Assembly: GCA_051294905.1 (NCBI GenBank)
Contig: CM119372.1
Coordinates: 2,854,001 to 2,918,000, forward strand
DNA length: 64,000 nucleotides
Source: Botryllus schlosseri
Taxonomy: Eukaryota
Direction: 5' to 3'
Below the pieces are notes generated by a model that had not been told where the DNA came from, made no database searches, and saw nothing but the letters and a program-made list of their open reading frames with translations. Position 1 is the first letter of the stretch. Every line of letters starts with the position of its first letter. Below, piece after piece: positions 24,087 to 37,334 of the stretch. Position numbers and translations under genes: made by a program.

Positions 24087-27000
24087 CTACGGAGAAACTG
24101 AAAGAGAAAAAAGAAAATTAGCTTGGAAGCTGACTTCTACTTTCCGTCAGAGTTAGTGTATCGGTTAGTACAGATGTCAAACATTCTAGTGAATAACCCC
24201 GGTATTTTGAAAATATTATTGCGGCAACGTTATTACGAATGCAAACCTTCAACAACCGCAACTCCGGTGATCATGTGCGCTTCCCCGTCAATATGATTGA
24301 CTGCTCGACAACGGTAAGCTTTCCTATTTTCGGAAGTTACATTGCTCAGATGGAGCACTGCGCGATCCTCAAAAATGCTCTGCGTTTCCACCAGAGAATC
24401 ATTGTCGTACCAAGCTACGCTGGGAGAAGGATAACCGGAAGCGGTGCACTCAAGGACAACGTTGGAGCCAACTTGGAGAATTGGTCGTTCGTTCGAGATA
24501 GTAATAGAATTCGGAGTAACTACGAAAGAGACGTATAGTTTCGATATAAAGATACAATTCCTTTTGATGTATATAATATACTAACCTCCTTCACAGATGA
24601 ATGGTAAACTTGCGTTGCATTCCTCCGCGGAAATGCCGGACAATGAAGCGGCAAAGCAGTCAGATGTTTTTCTCGCGTCGTTGGTCCAATACCCCAGCGG
24701 CGAAGCGCTTAACAAGATGATAGCCTATATCTCGTAATTGATTTATAGCGTCGTAGAAAGACAAGCGCGCATATATTGGTAAATGTTGTAGCAAATCATT
24801 CCGACTGACTGTATATGTTTACTCAATAATGCTGCATACGTAACTAAAGGATTTGAAGCATAAATCAATATTGTGGATCCGTAGGACATTCCGTGCGTTG
24901 ACAATGGATATCATCTGATATGAATCATATAAGACGTGCATACTCGCTTAATTTCCGAAACAGATCTTTATAATCTTCGGTATCGTCGATTTCCACCAAT
25001 CTCTTACGTTTCGAGGCGCATTGCGATTTGGCTTCTTCGAACGTAGCCGGCTCGTCCGATTTCGACAGCACGCTGTAATCGTACTTTCGGAGAGAGCTTG
25101 TTGCTGCGAGGATAGATAGTATGGCATTGCAACGATGTACATTGCACATGTCCAAGTCTATCTATTTATCAGTTGTTTTTATTTTTAATGAATATTTTTG
25201 CCGTCACTTCCTTGCTTCAAATGTTTGATTTCATTTATGATGTAGTCTGAAACTTATCAGTGTAGAGGGCTTGTAGGTAGATGATGCATTAGACCAGTGG
25301 TTCCCAACCTGGTGGCGTGAAAGCATCTGAAGAGGGGCGCGAAGAAGCGGTCAACTGAAAAAAAAACATTCGCGCACTGAGCGATTTACATCCAATTCAT
25401 GCGTGTTTCTCCATATATAGACCGAATTTCATATTTTCAATTCTCTCATAAATAGTCATAACCTTCCATGCCATCAAACAATTTGTTAAGGTTGCTAGCA
25501 ACCCGTGGGGATTTTATGATATCACGACAAGGGGGCGCGATATTTTCACTGTCATTAAGCGGAGCGTGTCTAAAAAAAGGTTTGGAACCACTGCATTAAA
25601 CCATTGCACCAATACCCGCGTTATCCTCTGAATTGTCAGGTAGGACCCGCATCTCAGCAAATTTAAGAATTGTCTTGAAGCAATCGACCTTCAATCATGT
25701 TTCCCAGACTACGTTATTCTATTCTGGAAGTAGGCCTACTCCGACTGATTGTATCAGAGTTTCAAAACGCCGGTCACCATAAAGGCATCAACATAAATTG
25801 CGTACGGAATTGGCAGACGTATCCGGTTTCTTCGCAGCAAGAGCGGTCGTTCCATTCCCCTGCACCTCCGTAATTGATTTCAATACAGTCTTCATTGTTC
25901 TTGTTATTCGGGTTTCCGTTGTCCCTGAAATTTTGCATGTTTCTATGCGAAATTGCCTACAGGTTACGTCAATGGTTTTCAACTGACGGTGCGCGACTAC
26001 GCGAGGCATCTGCAGGGGTCCGCGAAACATGAACATGGACATGACTGATATAACTAGGGTGATATTTTTATACTTAAAACACGGAATATTTTGACCTTAA
26101 AATCAACGTTTTGACATTTTATTACCTTAAAAAACTTAATATTTACAAAATCTTGCCCACATGTATGTAAATCAGGTGTCTCCGCACATAATGTTAAAAT
26201 TGTACTACTCATCTTCATTTCTTGTTGGAACTGTCTGTCCTTACTAACTTTAGCCTGAAAAAACTTTTTGGACTTAAAACCTGACAAATTTTTACATGAA
26301 AAAATTTAATTTAGTAAAATCTGGACCTCTGAAGAATTCCAGTAGTTACATCACGTATTATGGTAAAAATAATTAAAATTGGTGAAAGAAAGAAAGTGTC
26401 TGGCCTTACGAAGTACCTTGCCAAGAATGGACAAAGAACGTTCAATAGCAGCGGTTGTTGGGTGGCAACACTGAAGTTGTGCGTACACCGCTGGTGACAC
26501 ACCGTGTTGCTTCATTCTGACAGTGTTGTCTACAATCTACATCACAATTTTCCATCATGCCCATCTTGATATAGGAGCCAATGCCCAAATTTGACTTTAT
26601 AAACAATTTTGACAATTTTTTCACCTGTCGCTAAATTGTCAAAAAAAATCGCCCTACTGATAACCCTATTTCCGATTTTCTAATCGAGGATAGCTCATAA
26701 GAAGCGGTTAGCTCACCAGTTCGACCATTGAATAAACGTGTTGTCCAACCAACGAAATTGGTCTTCAGCCATAGAGTCACTCCCTCCAATCCACGCACGT
26801 TGGTTACTGAATATCACATCTATATCAGTCTCCAAAGAGATGAAAACACGCGTCGAAATTATGGGGGAGCTGATTGCAGAAACATGTCATCGCCTGTGGT
26901 GCCTCTAACTATAATATCGGTTTCGTAATCGGGTTCTTGGGAACCCCAGGGGTTGCCGGAGCCAGTATCCGGTGTTACACCGGAGTTCAATACACACACT

Positions 27001-30000
27001 CATCTCATTTACTACATATGCTGTGTGATAATACGCCTGTCTTGACCATGATTGCCTGCAGGCAATTAGGCACGATCAGTAGTCGAAACACTGTGCCTGT
27101 TGTTGTGCTAGCACTTCCTATGCAGTGACGTGCCCAGAGGGTTGGGGGGTTGGGGCTTGACATCGATGCAACCGGAACAACCCCGTCAATCTGAAATGCC
27201 GATTCCATCACCGATCTTTACCAGAATATTTGTCATTATGAATCTGGTATTAGGCTTGTACGTTTCGACCGAACAATACCAAGTCACTTTCTAAGGCGAA
27301 ATTCCATTATTGTATATTACCAGAAGGTATAATTTTCGTGTTCCGAACAGGCTATGCGACGTAGAATCACAGAAATATAGACCGAAAATATATTCGATTA
27401 CGATCATGTACGTTACTGATCGAGGCAGATCACTGTCTCTAAATCAGTTGTTCTCAAACTGGGAGGCGTGCCCCCCTTGGAGGCGTGAAGCATCTGAAGG
27501 GGGCCGTGATGCTGCGGTCGGCTTCGCGCGATTTACCTACAATTCATAGTTATTGTTCTGTGTATACCCCATCAACAGTCATGACCTTCGACGCCACCAA
27601 ATTATCCTTTAGGATTGCTAGCATTCTGGTTGATTTTTGTAATATGAAGATATGAGGGACGCGTCAATCTTCAAAATCATAAAGGGGGAGTGTCTAAATA
27701 AGTTCGAGAACCACTGCTATAAATTGTACGGAACGGTGAACAGTGAACAAAGACGCAAATTAAACATTCTGCAATCGTGATCAGTAAAATATTCATGCCT
27801 GTAATTAACTCTACTAACCTGGTCATACCAGTAATAGCAACATTTTTTGCATAGTCTTTTGGCATTGCGAGTATGCCATTCGCTCGGTCGGGATAGATTT
27901 CACACTTCTGCGTTGCGCCGGAAAAATTTATGGTGTCGTGACTACCGGCAAAGTACCTGTATTCATAATTGCCGTAAACGTGGATACTTTTCAGGTCTGA
28001 AAAAAGATTCTGATGATTATAAACCTCTTTGTCTCGTTTCTCTGATGGGACGAAGTGGATTCTTCGTGAGTATTTGAATACTATAAGTGATTACCAATAG
28101 TGTGGTGGAGGCCTACTAATATTGGGCAGGCCTATACGTTTCAAGTCGTCGAAAATGGACTGGAAATAACTGGAGACTCTTACAAAAAATAATGCTGGCA
28201 CAGCACGGCCGGTTTCAAGCCAGAAGCGTTTATCTGCCTAAATCAGTGGTTCTTAACCTTGCCTCCAGCGCCCCCCAAGGGGCGCTGGCGATTTTGAAGG
28301 GGGCGGAAACGCTCAGGGGGCGATATGGGGGGCGCTGGCCTCAGGGGGGCGGTATGGGGGGCGCTGGAGAAAAATGGCTTCGCAGTAGATGATGTAGTGG
28401 TAGGACATATCCTTAATGAGTATTCAGAGCAAATTAACACCGAAAACATCGTTATATATAGCCTACAAGAGACATATAGGTTTAATTGTCCATGGGCGCC
28501 TAAATGACTGGCACCGAATGTTCCTGTCTTGGCAATCTGAACCCCAGAAGACGACTTCCATCTGGCAGGGAAAAATTATATGCCAGTGAAGAAATACCAA
28601 TTTGAAATCGTGTGCGTCTTTTAGTTTAGTACGATGGGCGACAGGGATATCTAAAACTAGATATTCCTGTCGGGCGATATCCCTGTTGGGCGATTCTATA
28701 TTTTTTGATATAGCAGACAGGAGGTCACGAAATAACATCATGCAACGAAGTCATACCAACGGGTTCGCCCGCCCGAATATGTTTAATTGTTAGTTACGGG
28801 CCCTACAGTTTCCAAGACACCTCACAATGTTCGCTCTAAGTTTTGATGAGTCTGCGCCACTCAATAACTCACTACGCTGACCCTTGGACAACAGTGCGTA
28901 ACGACTAAAAAAAGGTCATAACTTCGGATTTTCTGTGCGCAGAGACCGTATCAGCACTGCGCACGTGCGCAGCTTAGAGAGAACATTGCGCCTCGGGGGG
29001 CCTGACGAAGTGCCGTTTCGTTCCTGCCAACGGGTATACGCCCGAAGATGAATAATTATTGTTGAGGTGTTCTACCTTTTCAATCACACATCACTCAGCT
29101 CTACCGGTAAATCTGTTTACGTGAGCAGAGAGAGGATAAAAATTGATCTCAATATACATGCAATTCCCGATCATATTGACCAATTCAATCATTAATTAGT
29201 GAAATTTGTCGCGCTTGGCGCGTCTAGGCGAGAATAGCTGCCTCAGTAAATGCACACCCAATGTAGATGACTAGTATCAGCAAATAGCGGTTAGCCAAAG
29301 GGGGGTCTGGGGGTGAATCCCCCCGGAAGTTTGGTTTATCACCCGATGGGAGGCCCAAGACCAACGTTTTTTTTTTGGGGGGGGGGTGGCTGACGAAGAG
29401 CTGTTACGGCCCTGGTAACGAATTAATTGTACCTACGGGCACGCCCGAATATGTTCAATTATTAATTACGTGCTCTTTATTTTCCCATACAACAGCTCAC
29501 TCAGCGCTACTGGTAAATCTGATTACGTGGGCTGAGAGGATTAAAAGTTTATAGCGACTTATATATGTAATTACCACCTATTCATTCATGCATTATAGAA
29601 AATTTTAGTACCTAGGGCGACCAGGCCACACAAACTTTGCTGACCATCGGAATCCCGCTACGGGGTTCTTGGGGCGAAGCCCTCAGAAGTTTGGTTTATC
29701 ACGCTATGGGTGCGCAAGGCAATCGCTTTTAGGGGGGTTGACGAAGTGCTGTTACGGCCCTCCCTCTTACTCATTGTCTTTATTACATTCCTTACAATAT
29801 AAGGTTGGGGGGCGCTGGAGCACGATAATTTTTGAAAGGGGGCGCTGGAGGAAAAAAGGTTAAGAACCACTGGCCTAAATCCTTCCAAGAAAAGCTGTAT
29901 ATGTTTATCACATCGGTGCAGATATTTTCCAGCATGAAAACCGATTGTTATCTGAGTTATCTTTCAATTTTTGCCGAAGTCGGATCAGAGCCGGATCATT

Positions 30001-32366
30001 ACTTTTTTGATGCGGCCAGGATCGGAGGTGGACCAGAGAATTGAAAAACGGGATCGGAGTCGGACCAGAGAATTTGTCGATCCGCTCCGCACTAGCCGCG
30101 GGCCGCGTGAATTCAACATCGAGATAAAATAGGCCACACAGATTATCAACCACTCTTTTAAAACGTTACACCAGTACAACGCTGTGCTCTCTAACATGGG
30201 CTTCGGGCATGCTTGCAACGATGCAAATAATATCTAATTAAAGAAATAAAAACACACAAACAATATCAATATCATCACTTTCATTATATTTTTCACTATG
30301 AACGGAGCACGACACTTGTAAACTCTTTTCACCAGCGGCTAAAGAATCGATAATGGGGTTAGCTAGACACGGTACTTGCTGGATAACTATCTCCTCGTAA
30401 TGCTTGATCTTGTGAGGAAGCCCAAATTCGTTTTCTAAGCGACTTGGTCTTGGCAATGTCTCGGCCATTGCACATCAAAGCGCTACGCCAATTCATAACA
30501 GCTAGTTCTTCCTCCGTGGAATGCTATTGCCACAGTTGAAGCCGTTTCAGGTAGTGAGGAATAGTGATGTTGGACACAGAGAATAGATTGTTTCGAACAG
30601 CAACAACAATATTTTGAAACTGAAATCATCAGCATTTCAAAATGCCTTAGCGTTCTTTCGAAATCTCAAATCAGGCCGCGGGCTGCAAAGTAGGGGAGAC
30701 CGGGGACAATTGTAACACTTTTCGTATTTTCCAACATTACGTGTATTTCTCGTGGAAATTTCACTTCCAAAGTTTTATATAAAGAAGCCAACAACTCGAT
30801 AGTTGATATGAAAACTAAATTGGAACTCAATCAACAATCAATCATGGAAATTTTGGGTCACAAAAATCGCTGCTCAAATGTTACAATCGCCCCGTACCCA
30901 GGGGCAATTGTACCACCATTGCGGGGCAATTGTAACAGTGTTATTTATAACTAAACACAAACTAAATGAACAACGAAAACGGAAGCACAAATTGTAATAT
31001 GGCATGAAACTAAAGAAAGAGACGTTTGATCGCTTCCAGGCTACGCCCCATCGCATTTATGGTATCTGAATGCAATATCACCCTTCGTGTCTTGCTCAAG
31101 CTTAAATTGTACAAGAGACACATTCATTCCATCATCTCCCTACACATATTCGGCCTCTTCTACCAAGGTTCTGTTGTTCAGCGGGCATAATGGGTTGGTC
31201 ATTCGGTCACCTGCGAAGGTGCGAAACCGACCTGGTTGAATGGGCCGATGATAGTATAGTAAAACGAGGACGCAACATTGTGTGGCGTCAAAGCTATAAT
31301 GACATTTATTTGTGCTGTAGAAAATTAACATAAATTGTTCATATCAAATATCAAAATGTAAGTGCATGGGCCATGATCAATGTCAGAGGACGAGAATTAA
31401 GCCATGACTATTGAAGTTCGACACACTAAAGGTCGATCAACATGAGAACGGGTGGTTGAATCACGAAAATAACCGAACCCTCAGATTCGCATCACCACTA
31501 TATATTGTATGGCCGTTTCGACAGATGATCATGTTAGAATTGGTATCGCAAGGCAATATCTGTTCTGGTGAACGTCTGGCTGTTGCAAGATTATTCTGCA
31601 GTAGATGAATGGTAATACCAACATATGAACAAAGACATTCAGAATTGATTACATATTGTAACGGGGCAAAAGTAACAGAGTGTTACGATTGCCCCTGACA
31701 CGCTCGACCATGATTAGTGTCTCAGTATGGTACCTTCCCGGCGATGCAAGTCCTGTTCTTTCTATCACCACGGTAGACTATAGTAACATTGTTCCAGCTA
31801 CACATATTACGTTGTAACTACTTGAAGTACTATTCGTCTAGACAAATTATTCCAGACCAGAAAAACTTTACTCAAGGGTCAAAAATTTCGTTTTTTGCAA
31901 ATTATTCCGGGGTTTCGAATCGTAGCTCAACGTAACTCCAGGTATAATAGGAGGGACAACTACTGCATGCGCACTTAAAATATCAAGCTGATTTCTCCAT
32001 CCTACTAGCGGTGAGGTCGATTGTTACATTTGCCCCTAGTTACATTTGTCCCCGGTCTCCCCTATGGTCTCAAGGGCCGCGTGTTGGTGACTCCTGATCC
32101 AAGGCTTGCTGCTTTAGTCAGGGCATGAACCATAAGCGAAGTGACCACACGTAATATATTAATTGTTTGCACACTCCGTACTTTTTTCGTCGAACTTCCG
32201 ACATAAAACATGCGAATAGCTGCATACCACCAACAGTCGAATGAATATCAGGGTTAGAACTCGGAAAGAAGAAAGTATATTGTGCCAAGATTAGGAACAA
32301 GTATTAAATTCATTTACCAGCATTAGCCAAACCCAGTAAGGCTATGATTCCAACCAACTTCAGCAT
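24087..32366 (-). CDS. Secreted C-type lectin-Ig protein, paralog A (signal peptide, CTLD with NPN/WND, degenerate CTLD, I-set Ig), 333 aa, BsCLT-like
   Basis: Minus-strand exons: 32366-32318 (MLKLVGIIALLGLANA, signal peptide), 27996-27819, 26806-26717 (WIGGSD..FRWLDN..WSNW), 25924-25806 (NPNN..EDC..WND..CC..YVC), 25103-24944, 24707-24586, 24519-24247 (LECTASGYPSPSVAW..LHLSNVT..AYRCRAVN), 24097-24087 (VSP*). All junctions are GT-AG with compatible phases; 1002 nt, no internal stop. Confidence 0.9.
25295..25593. mobile_element. ~300-bp hAT MITE family (also 2544-2846, ~17417-17737, ~27444-27716, 63906 to window end)
   Basis: CAGTGGTT... / ...AACCACTG TIRs and a shared internal GCATCTGAAG(A)GGGG motif. 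Confidence 0.8.
26054..26655. mobile_element. TAGGGCGATTTTT-ended MITE (second copy ~53512-54422)
   Basis: Imperfect TIRs; internal 26440-26580 matches 54005-54140. Confidence 0.7.
28244..29872. mobile_element. hAT MITE with internal degenerate tandem repeats, in intron 1 of paralog A
   Basis: CAGTGGTTCTTAACCTT ... AAGGTTAAGAACCACTG; perfect TSD GCCTAAAT; GGGGGCGCTGG subterminal repeats. Confidence 0.88.
30693..32062. mobile_element. Tc1/mariner-superfamily (pogo-like) deletion derivative, copy 1, inserted into a hAT MITE in intron 1 of paralog A
   Basis: TIRs GGGGAGACCGGGGACAA; TA on both sides. The uninterrupted host MITE sequence with a single TA is at ~42950-43000. Confidence 0.85.
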
Positions 32367-33265
32367 ATTGCATGTACTGTGCCTTCCTTCGAACTCTTTG
32401 TTGCAACAAGTATGCACTATAAAATTAATAATATATCAATAAATGATAAGCTTTTTTTTTTACATATATCGATTTCCGATGATCACCGCTACATATCGCA
32501 CTGCGAGGATCATAGGAAGTTTTGCGCGTGAACTGTAACGCAACTGCATCCTAGCAAGTTTCAATGCACTGCAAAATGATTTTAATGTTATGAGCCTCCA
32601 ATCTCAACTTTGAAACCGTAACACTGCAACGTAATTTATAGCTTCGTTCAGCATCGCTGGCGCTACCATGTATGTGACGTATGTGCGATTGCAACGTATC
32701 TGATTAAATACGACTTTTTCCCTACTGAGAATATTCCGCCATGACAGCTGGAGTACGAAACATTCTGCTTGGATTCCTTTCTGAGGACTTGGTGGTTTGC
32801 ATCACAGGTGTCACAAATTGACGTTTAAAAGTCAGTATATATAGGCGGCATTGTATCACCTGCGAGAAGCATGTCCTGAGCAAGATCTCTTGTCAAAACA
32901 GCTATCATATATTGACCTTATCAATGCAATAACACCATAAGCAAACGGGAAGAGTTTCTGGAATGTGGCTGAACTCCGTTTGAAATAGATGTGTTACGAC
33001 CTTAATGACGTTCGCCCGAATATGCAACAATCTGCATGGATGACGAAATTATAACGCGAAATAAGAATGTATCAAGTTTTTTTTTGCATTTGTGTTACGC
33101 TTTGCTTTTTATTCACTAATAAGCGGCAAAGCAACACACAGGGAACATTTCAATTGTTTACGATGTTATTACAATAGTTCACATGATAAATATATATATA
33201 TATATATCGACTTTCAATTAAATAATTAAATAAAAGGGCAAAAGAAAACAGGAAACAAAAGAACA

Positions 33266-33640
33266 TCAAGATAATCCGTTTTGGGACCTTGTTAAGCGCC
33301 TCCAGCGTGGGCGGTCGTGGGCGTCTTCGAGCGAAAGCCCGCGTTGCGCTAGCTCGGTCTCTATTGTCGAGCGCCATGTGGTTCTATTCCAGCCACCTCT
33401 GCGCCATGGCTCCGTCGGAATGTGGTTGATGATGGCGGCGGCTGGTTGATCGTCTTGATGCCGCACTAGATGACCGATTAGGCGGAAGTAACTGTTGCTT
33501 TTAGGCTAATCCTCAGGGATCTTGTTTGAGGCTTCGGGTCCCCGGCGCCGCCCGGCAGATCCCCGTCTTTCTGTTGATATTGCACCCCTCGGCGAGTACG
33601 CAGTAGCTTAAGGTAGTAAAGTCTTCGTCGTACTTTGCGA
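33266..33640 (-). mobile_element. LINE ORF2 C-terminal fragment (RTE-like)
   Basis: LRLIGHLVRH..RRGG..TTWRSTIETEL..AHDRPRWRRL resembles RTE-clade ORF2 C-termini. Confidence 0.65.
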
Positions 33641-34000
33641 CTTGGTCTACTCTGTTATGATAAATGGAAAAGTCTTAAAACCTGTAGAATTTTACAAGAG
33701 GAATATGTCTAGAATCGTGTTTGCTCGAATGAAGTTCCGTCTATAGATCATCATACGTTCTTGTTCAAACTCATATCTTCCGCTCGGTTGCAATATCTGT
33801 CTGGCCAACTACCGCTGACATTGGTGTAGGGAGGAGCTACTTTTGAGGATGCGAAAACACTTTTGCCCAAATTGGGACAGTAAACCAGAAACGCGCTTGA
33901 AATCATAATTGGTGCTGGGAAAAATCGGGAAGACCTAACCGCGTTATTCGATTTGGAAATGAGTAATAATGTTCAAGTTTAGTCGATGTTCGAGTAAGTA

Positions 34001-34145
34001 ACCGACAAGATAGCGTAGTGGTGGAGCGTCCGGCTTCTTGATCGGTAGGTCGTTTGTTTCAATACCCGGCCGGGTCAGACCAAAGACATGATATCCATGG
34101 CTTCCTCGCTTGGCGCTCAGCATTACCGAGGTAGCATGGAGGGGT
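34001..34145 (+). mobile_element. SINE family 1, divergent copy
   Basis: tRNA-like head plus GGGTCAGACCAAAGAC..GCTTGGCGCTCAGCA. Confidence 0.75.
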
Positions 34146-34969
34146 GTTGCAACAGCTAGAAATCCTCTCAAGTCTATCTGTACCTTCCTTGTCCAGTGGC
34201 ATATGCACATCATCCACTCATGGTATGCATATGCACAGTTCGTGTGTATGTCTATCATGAGTCGGTGTATGCCGAAAAAAACATCAAGGACAAAAATACA
34301 TACCGATTTATTCCTATTCCCGTCATTCATTATGTATACCGCGTAGAGTTTAAATATGTAGGCTACTTTTTTGTGACTGCAAAGAATATAATGCCAGAAT
34401 TTGGTATTTTGTTGACCATTCCTATTTCATTGCACTTTGTGACAATGCTGTGGGTTGATCACGACTTCGCGGATATGTCATTCCCACTAAAGTGCGTAGT
34501 TTTGTACCGCATGAATCGTATGCGGCGATACGAGAAATATAAAATCCAGCCAAGAGGCTGCTTTATGTAGCCACAAAGAGATAACTTTACGCAACCACTA
34601 CTAGCAGTTACTCTCTGTTGCTTCATTTTATTGATACTATTTGTCATAAACCATTGATTGTTATTGCCGAAAATTTACTGCAGACACCGGTTGCATTGAA
34701 TACACATCTTGCATATTGGCCTGCCGTATAGTGTTTTTTTGGGGCGCTTCTTCAATATATGGCCCATATCAAACCAGTGCTGCCCATCAAACCCATAAAT
34801 GTTCTCCATGAACACCTAGCGTAAAATTTATAAACTTCAAAATTTATTGTGTTTTGGGGGAGGGAGAGGCACATTAGGATTAGGGTTATACCGTTTGGGA
34901 TATTGGGGTTGGGGGATGACTGATATTAGGGTTGGGGAAGGGGAATGCTATTGTTATTAGTATGGTAAA

Positions 34970-35439
34970 AAGTTGTAGTGCTGCTAATCTCCCGTAAGGG
35001 TCTGGTGCGCCACGGTCTGTAATTATCTTCTGGTATAAGTACCTTTGCAATGTAATTCAACCTCGACTATATACGGATCAAAAATTAAAGGATTCTACGA
35101 CATGATATCACGAATTCAGCCACAGGGGTCAATAGCTCGGGCTGGATCAAGACTCAAGAGGTTATAAGTCGTGAATGGGATGCCATGATTACGACATGAC
35201 TCAATGAGAAAGCACCGTTGAAAATCATATCTTGCACAATTCAGTAGAAAATGGTCGACGGTTTCGACGATATTACAATGAAGACATAGCGAAGTATCTG
35301 AACATCCTATTTTGAACGAATGAGCGTTAAGCCTACAGTGGCCGGAGCGCAGACGGAACATGATGACCTCAAATTGCCGACATGCATGCATTGACGGGAA
35401 TTTAGTTGAAATGCAACTATGGAAGCGCTTATAATGCAT
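34970..35439 (-). mobile_element. 5'-truncated 3' end of a related RNase H-type LINE
   Basis: RLRSGHCRLNAH..C..C..ETVDHFLLNC zinc-knuckle region followed by a GTGGCGC-type 3' UTR motif. Confidence 0.8.
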
Positions 35440-36952
35440 CTTCGTTTCAGTTCATTCAAGCTTAGTAGATTGGCTAATCAAGAGAAGTGTCCGACTAGAA
35501 ACTGACGCTTTGGCGTAGCCAGATATGGATATGGAGACAAGTTCCTTCGCAAAGAGGAAGTCTTCAACTAACTTAACTTCTTCTGAGGAAGAATGCGAGG
35601 ATGGGGAGTGGTGCGAAGTAAGAGAAAAAATACTTGCCAAAAACTTTGCGCTGAGGGATAATGTTGTTGGGAAGGAGCGGGAATCTAATAGCCAAAAAGC
35701 AACAGATCATCAACTTGACGTGCTGCTATCCGGGTCTGATGGAAAACGCATGGGACACCAACATCCTACAAAGGTATGTGCCGCACTTAAGATAAACATT
35801 GGCAATTATGGAAGATACGTAGATTGCCTTCTTGAGATCTAGTTGTAACTAGTAAAACCAAAGAAGAGGCTGATAAGCTGATAAGCCAAGTCGATGACTT
35901 GAGCCGAGTCATGCGTAATGACTCGAGTACGAGTCGAGTAAATCCAAATATCGACTCGAGTCGAGTCATTTTCCCATTTCAAGAAAATGACTCGAGTCAA
36001 GTCGAGTCACAAAAAAATCGTGACTCGAGTCTAACTCGAGTCGAGTCATGACCCGAGTCATTACAACCCTGGTGTCAACAATCAGCAACGATCAACAATC
36101 AACAACCCAAGTGACTGAGCTACCATCAGGAAGATTCCGTGACGAACAACCGCGAATCACATAAACAAAGACAATAAAAGTAACGATCCTAATAAACCAA
36201 ATAATCCATCCTCGCTATCGTATATTGATCCGATTCATCTTATCGCACTACTGGCTGCAATAGTGAAGCTTACATTGGCGGCCTGCAACTCTGACACGGA
36301 GTGCGAAGTATACAATAATATAGTATCTAAAGTTTCATTGAAGTATCTCGGTCAACAGGCAGATGTTGTCACGATGAGAAACATTTTCGAACCCTTCCAT
36401 GATATCAATGACACCAATCCGATGACAAATCCCATAAACGATGGATAATATAGGACTAAAGTTTTTACAGTGGAATTGTCAAGGATTATATAGGAAGCAT
36501 AACGAACTAAAACACTTTATCGTGACTATGGAACGTGCTCCAGATGCGATAATTCTCTAGGAAACACACCTTATCGAAAAATACTCTCCGAAATTTCCAG
36601 GATATCACTGTCACAGAAAGGACAAATCCCTTCATTCTGGTGGATTGGCGATCTTTATTCAATCTTCCCATAACTCCAGCATCGAAGCAGTCGCTGCAAC
36701 CGACATCGAATTACTTTGTGTGAAGCTTCACGGCCTATCATTGTACGTTGTACAATGTGTACATCCCACCCGACTGCCGCTTACGCGACAGTGATGCGAA
36801 CATTTTCGAGACGTTACCACCAAAATCCATCATCTTTGGCGACTTCAATGCACATCATTGGTCGTGGAGTTACCATACGAACCAACGAGGGACTTAACTT
36901 GTTAATGTCCTCGATCACGCAAACTTAGTCATGTCACACACATATCAATCGA

Positions 36953-37108
36953 TGCAAAACAAATTTGACTCAATTCCAACTAGTAGAAGCGGAGTTATTG
37001 GAGTTTTTCGTAGATAATCCGCGGATCCAGGGATAATCCGAGATTATCAACGAAACACTCCAATAAGTCCGCTTCTACTATTTGGAATTGAGTCAAATTT
37101 GTTCTGCA
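36953..37108. repeat. Inverted repeat (~60-bp arms), probably a small foldback MITE inside the LINE
   Basis: ACAAATTTGACTCAATTCCAACTAGTAGAAGCGGA.. versus ..TCCGCTTCTACTATTTGGAATTGAGTCAAATTTGT. Confidence 0.85.
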
Positions 37109-37334
37109 ATGTCTCTGAAGACAGCTCAACAATTTCATGGGGCTGACGGGAAAATTTGAATTTTTTTTTTTAATTTTACATTATAAATTAAAAATTTTAA
37201 TTGGATCTGCGGAGCCTTACACTTGACAGAATTTAACCAAATTTGGTGCGCAGAGTTTTTTAGGGTAACCTGACAATTTAATGCCTGAATGGCTCCAATC
37301 CAGAAGAAAAAGTTATTTTTGAACAGCCCTAATG

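Noticed and set aside
26440..26580. Block shared with 54005-54140 as a possible extra lectin exon
   Set aside because: It lies in non-equivalent introns of the two paralogs and inside copies of the same TAGGGCGA-ended MITE.
26874..27128. Plus-strand ORF with SRCR-like LCDN..IACRQLG and a hydrophobic stretch
   Set aside because: It is antisense in a lectin intron, has no splice context or further SRCR cysteines, and is flanked by MITE-end-like sequence; probably chance.
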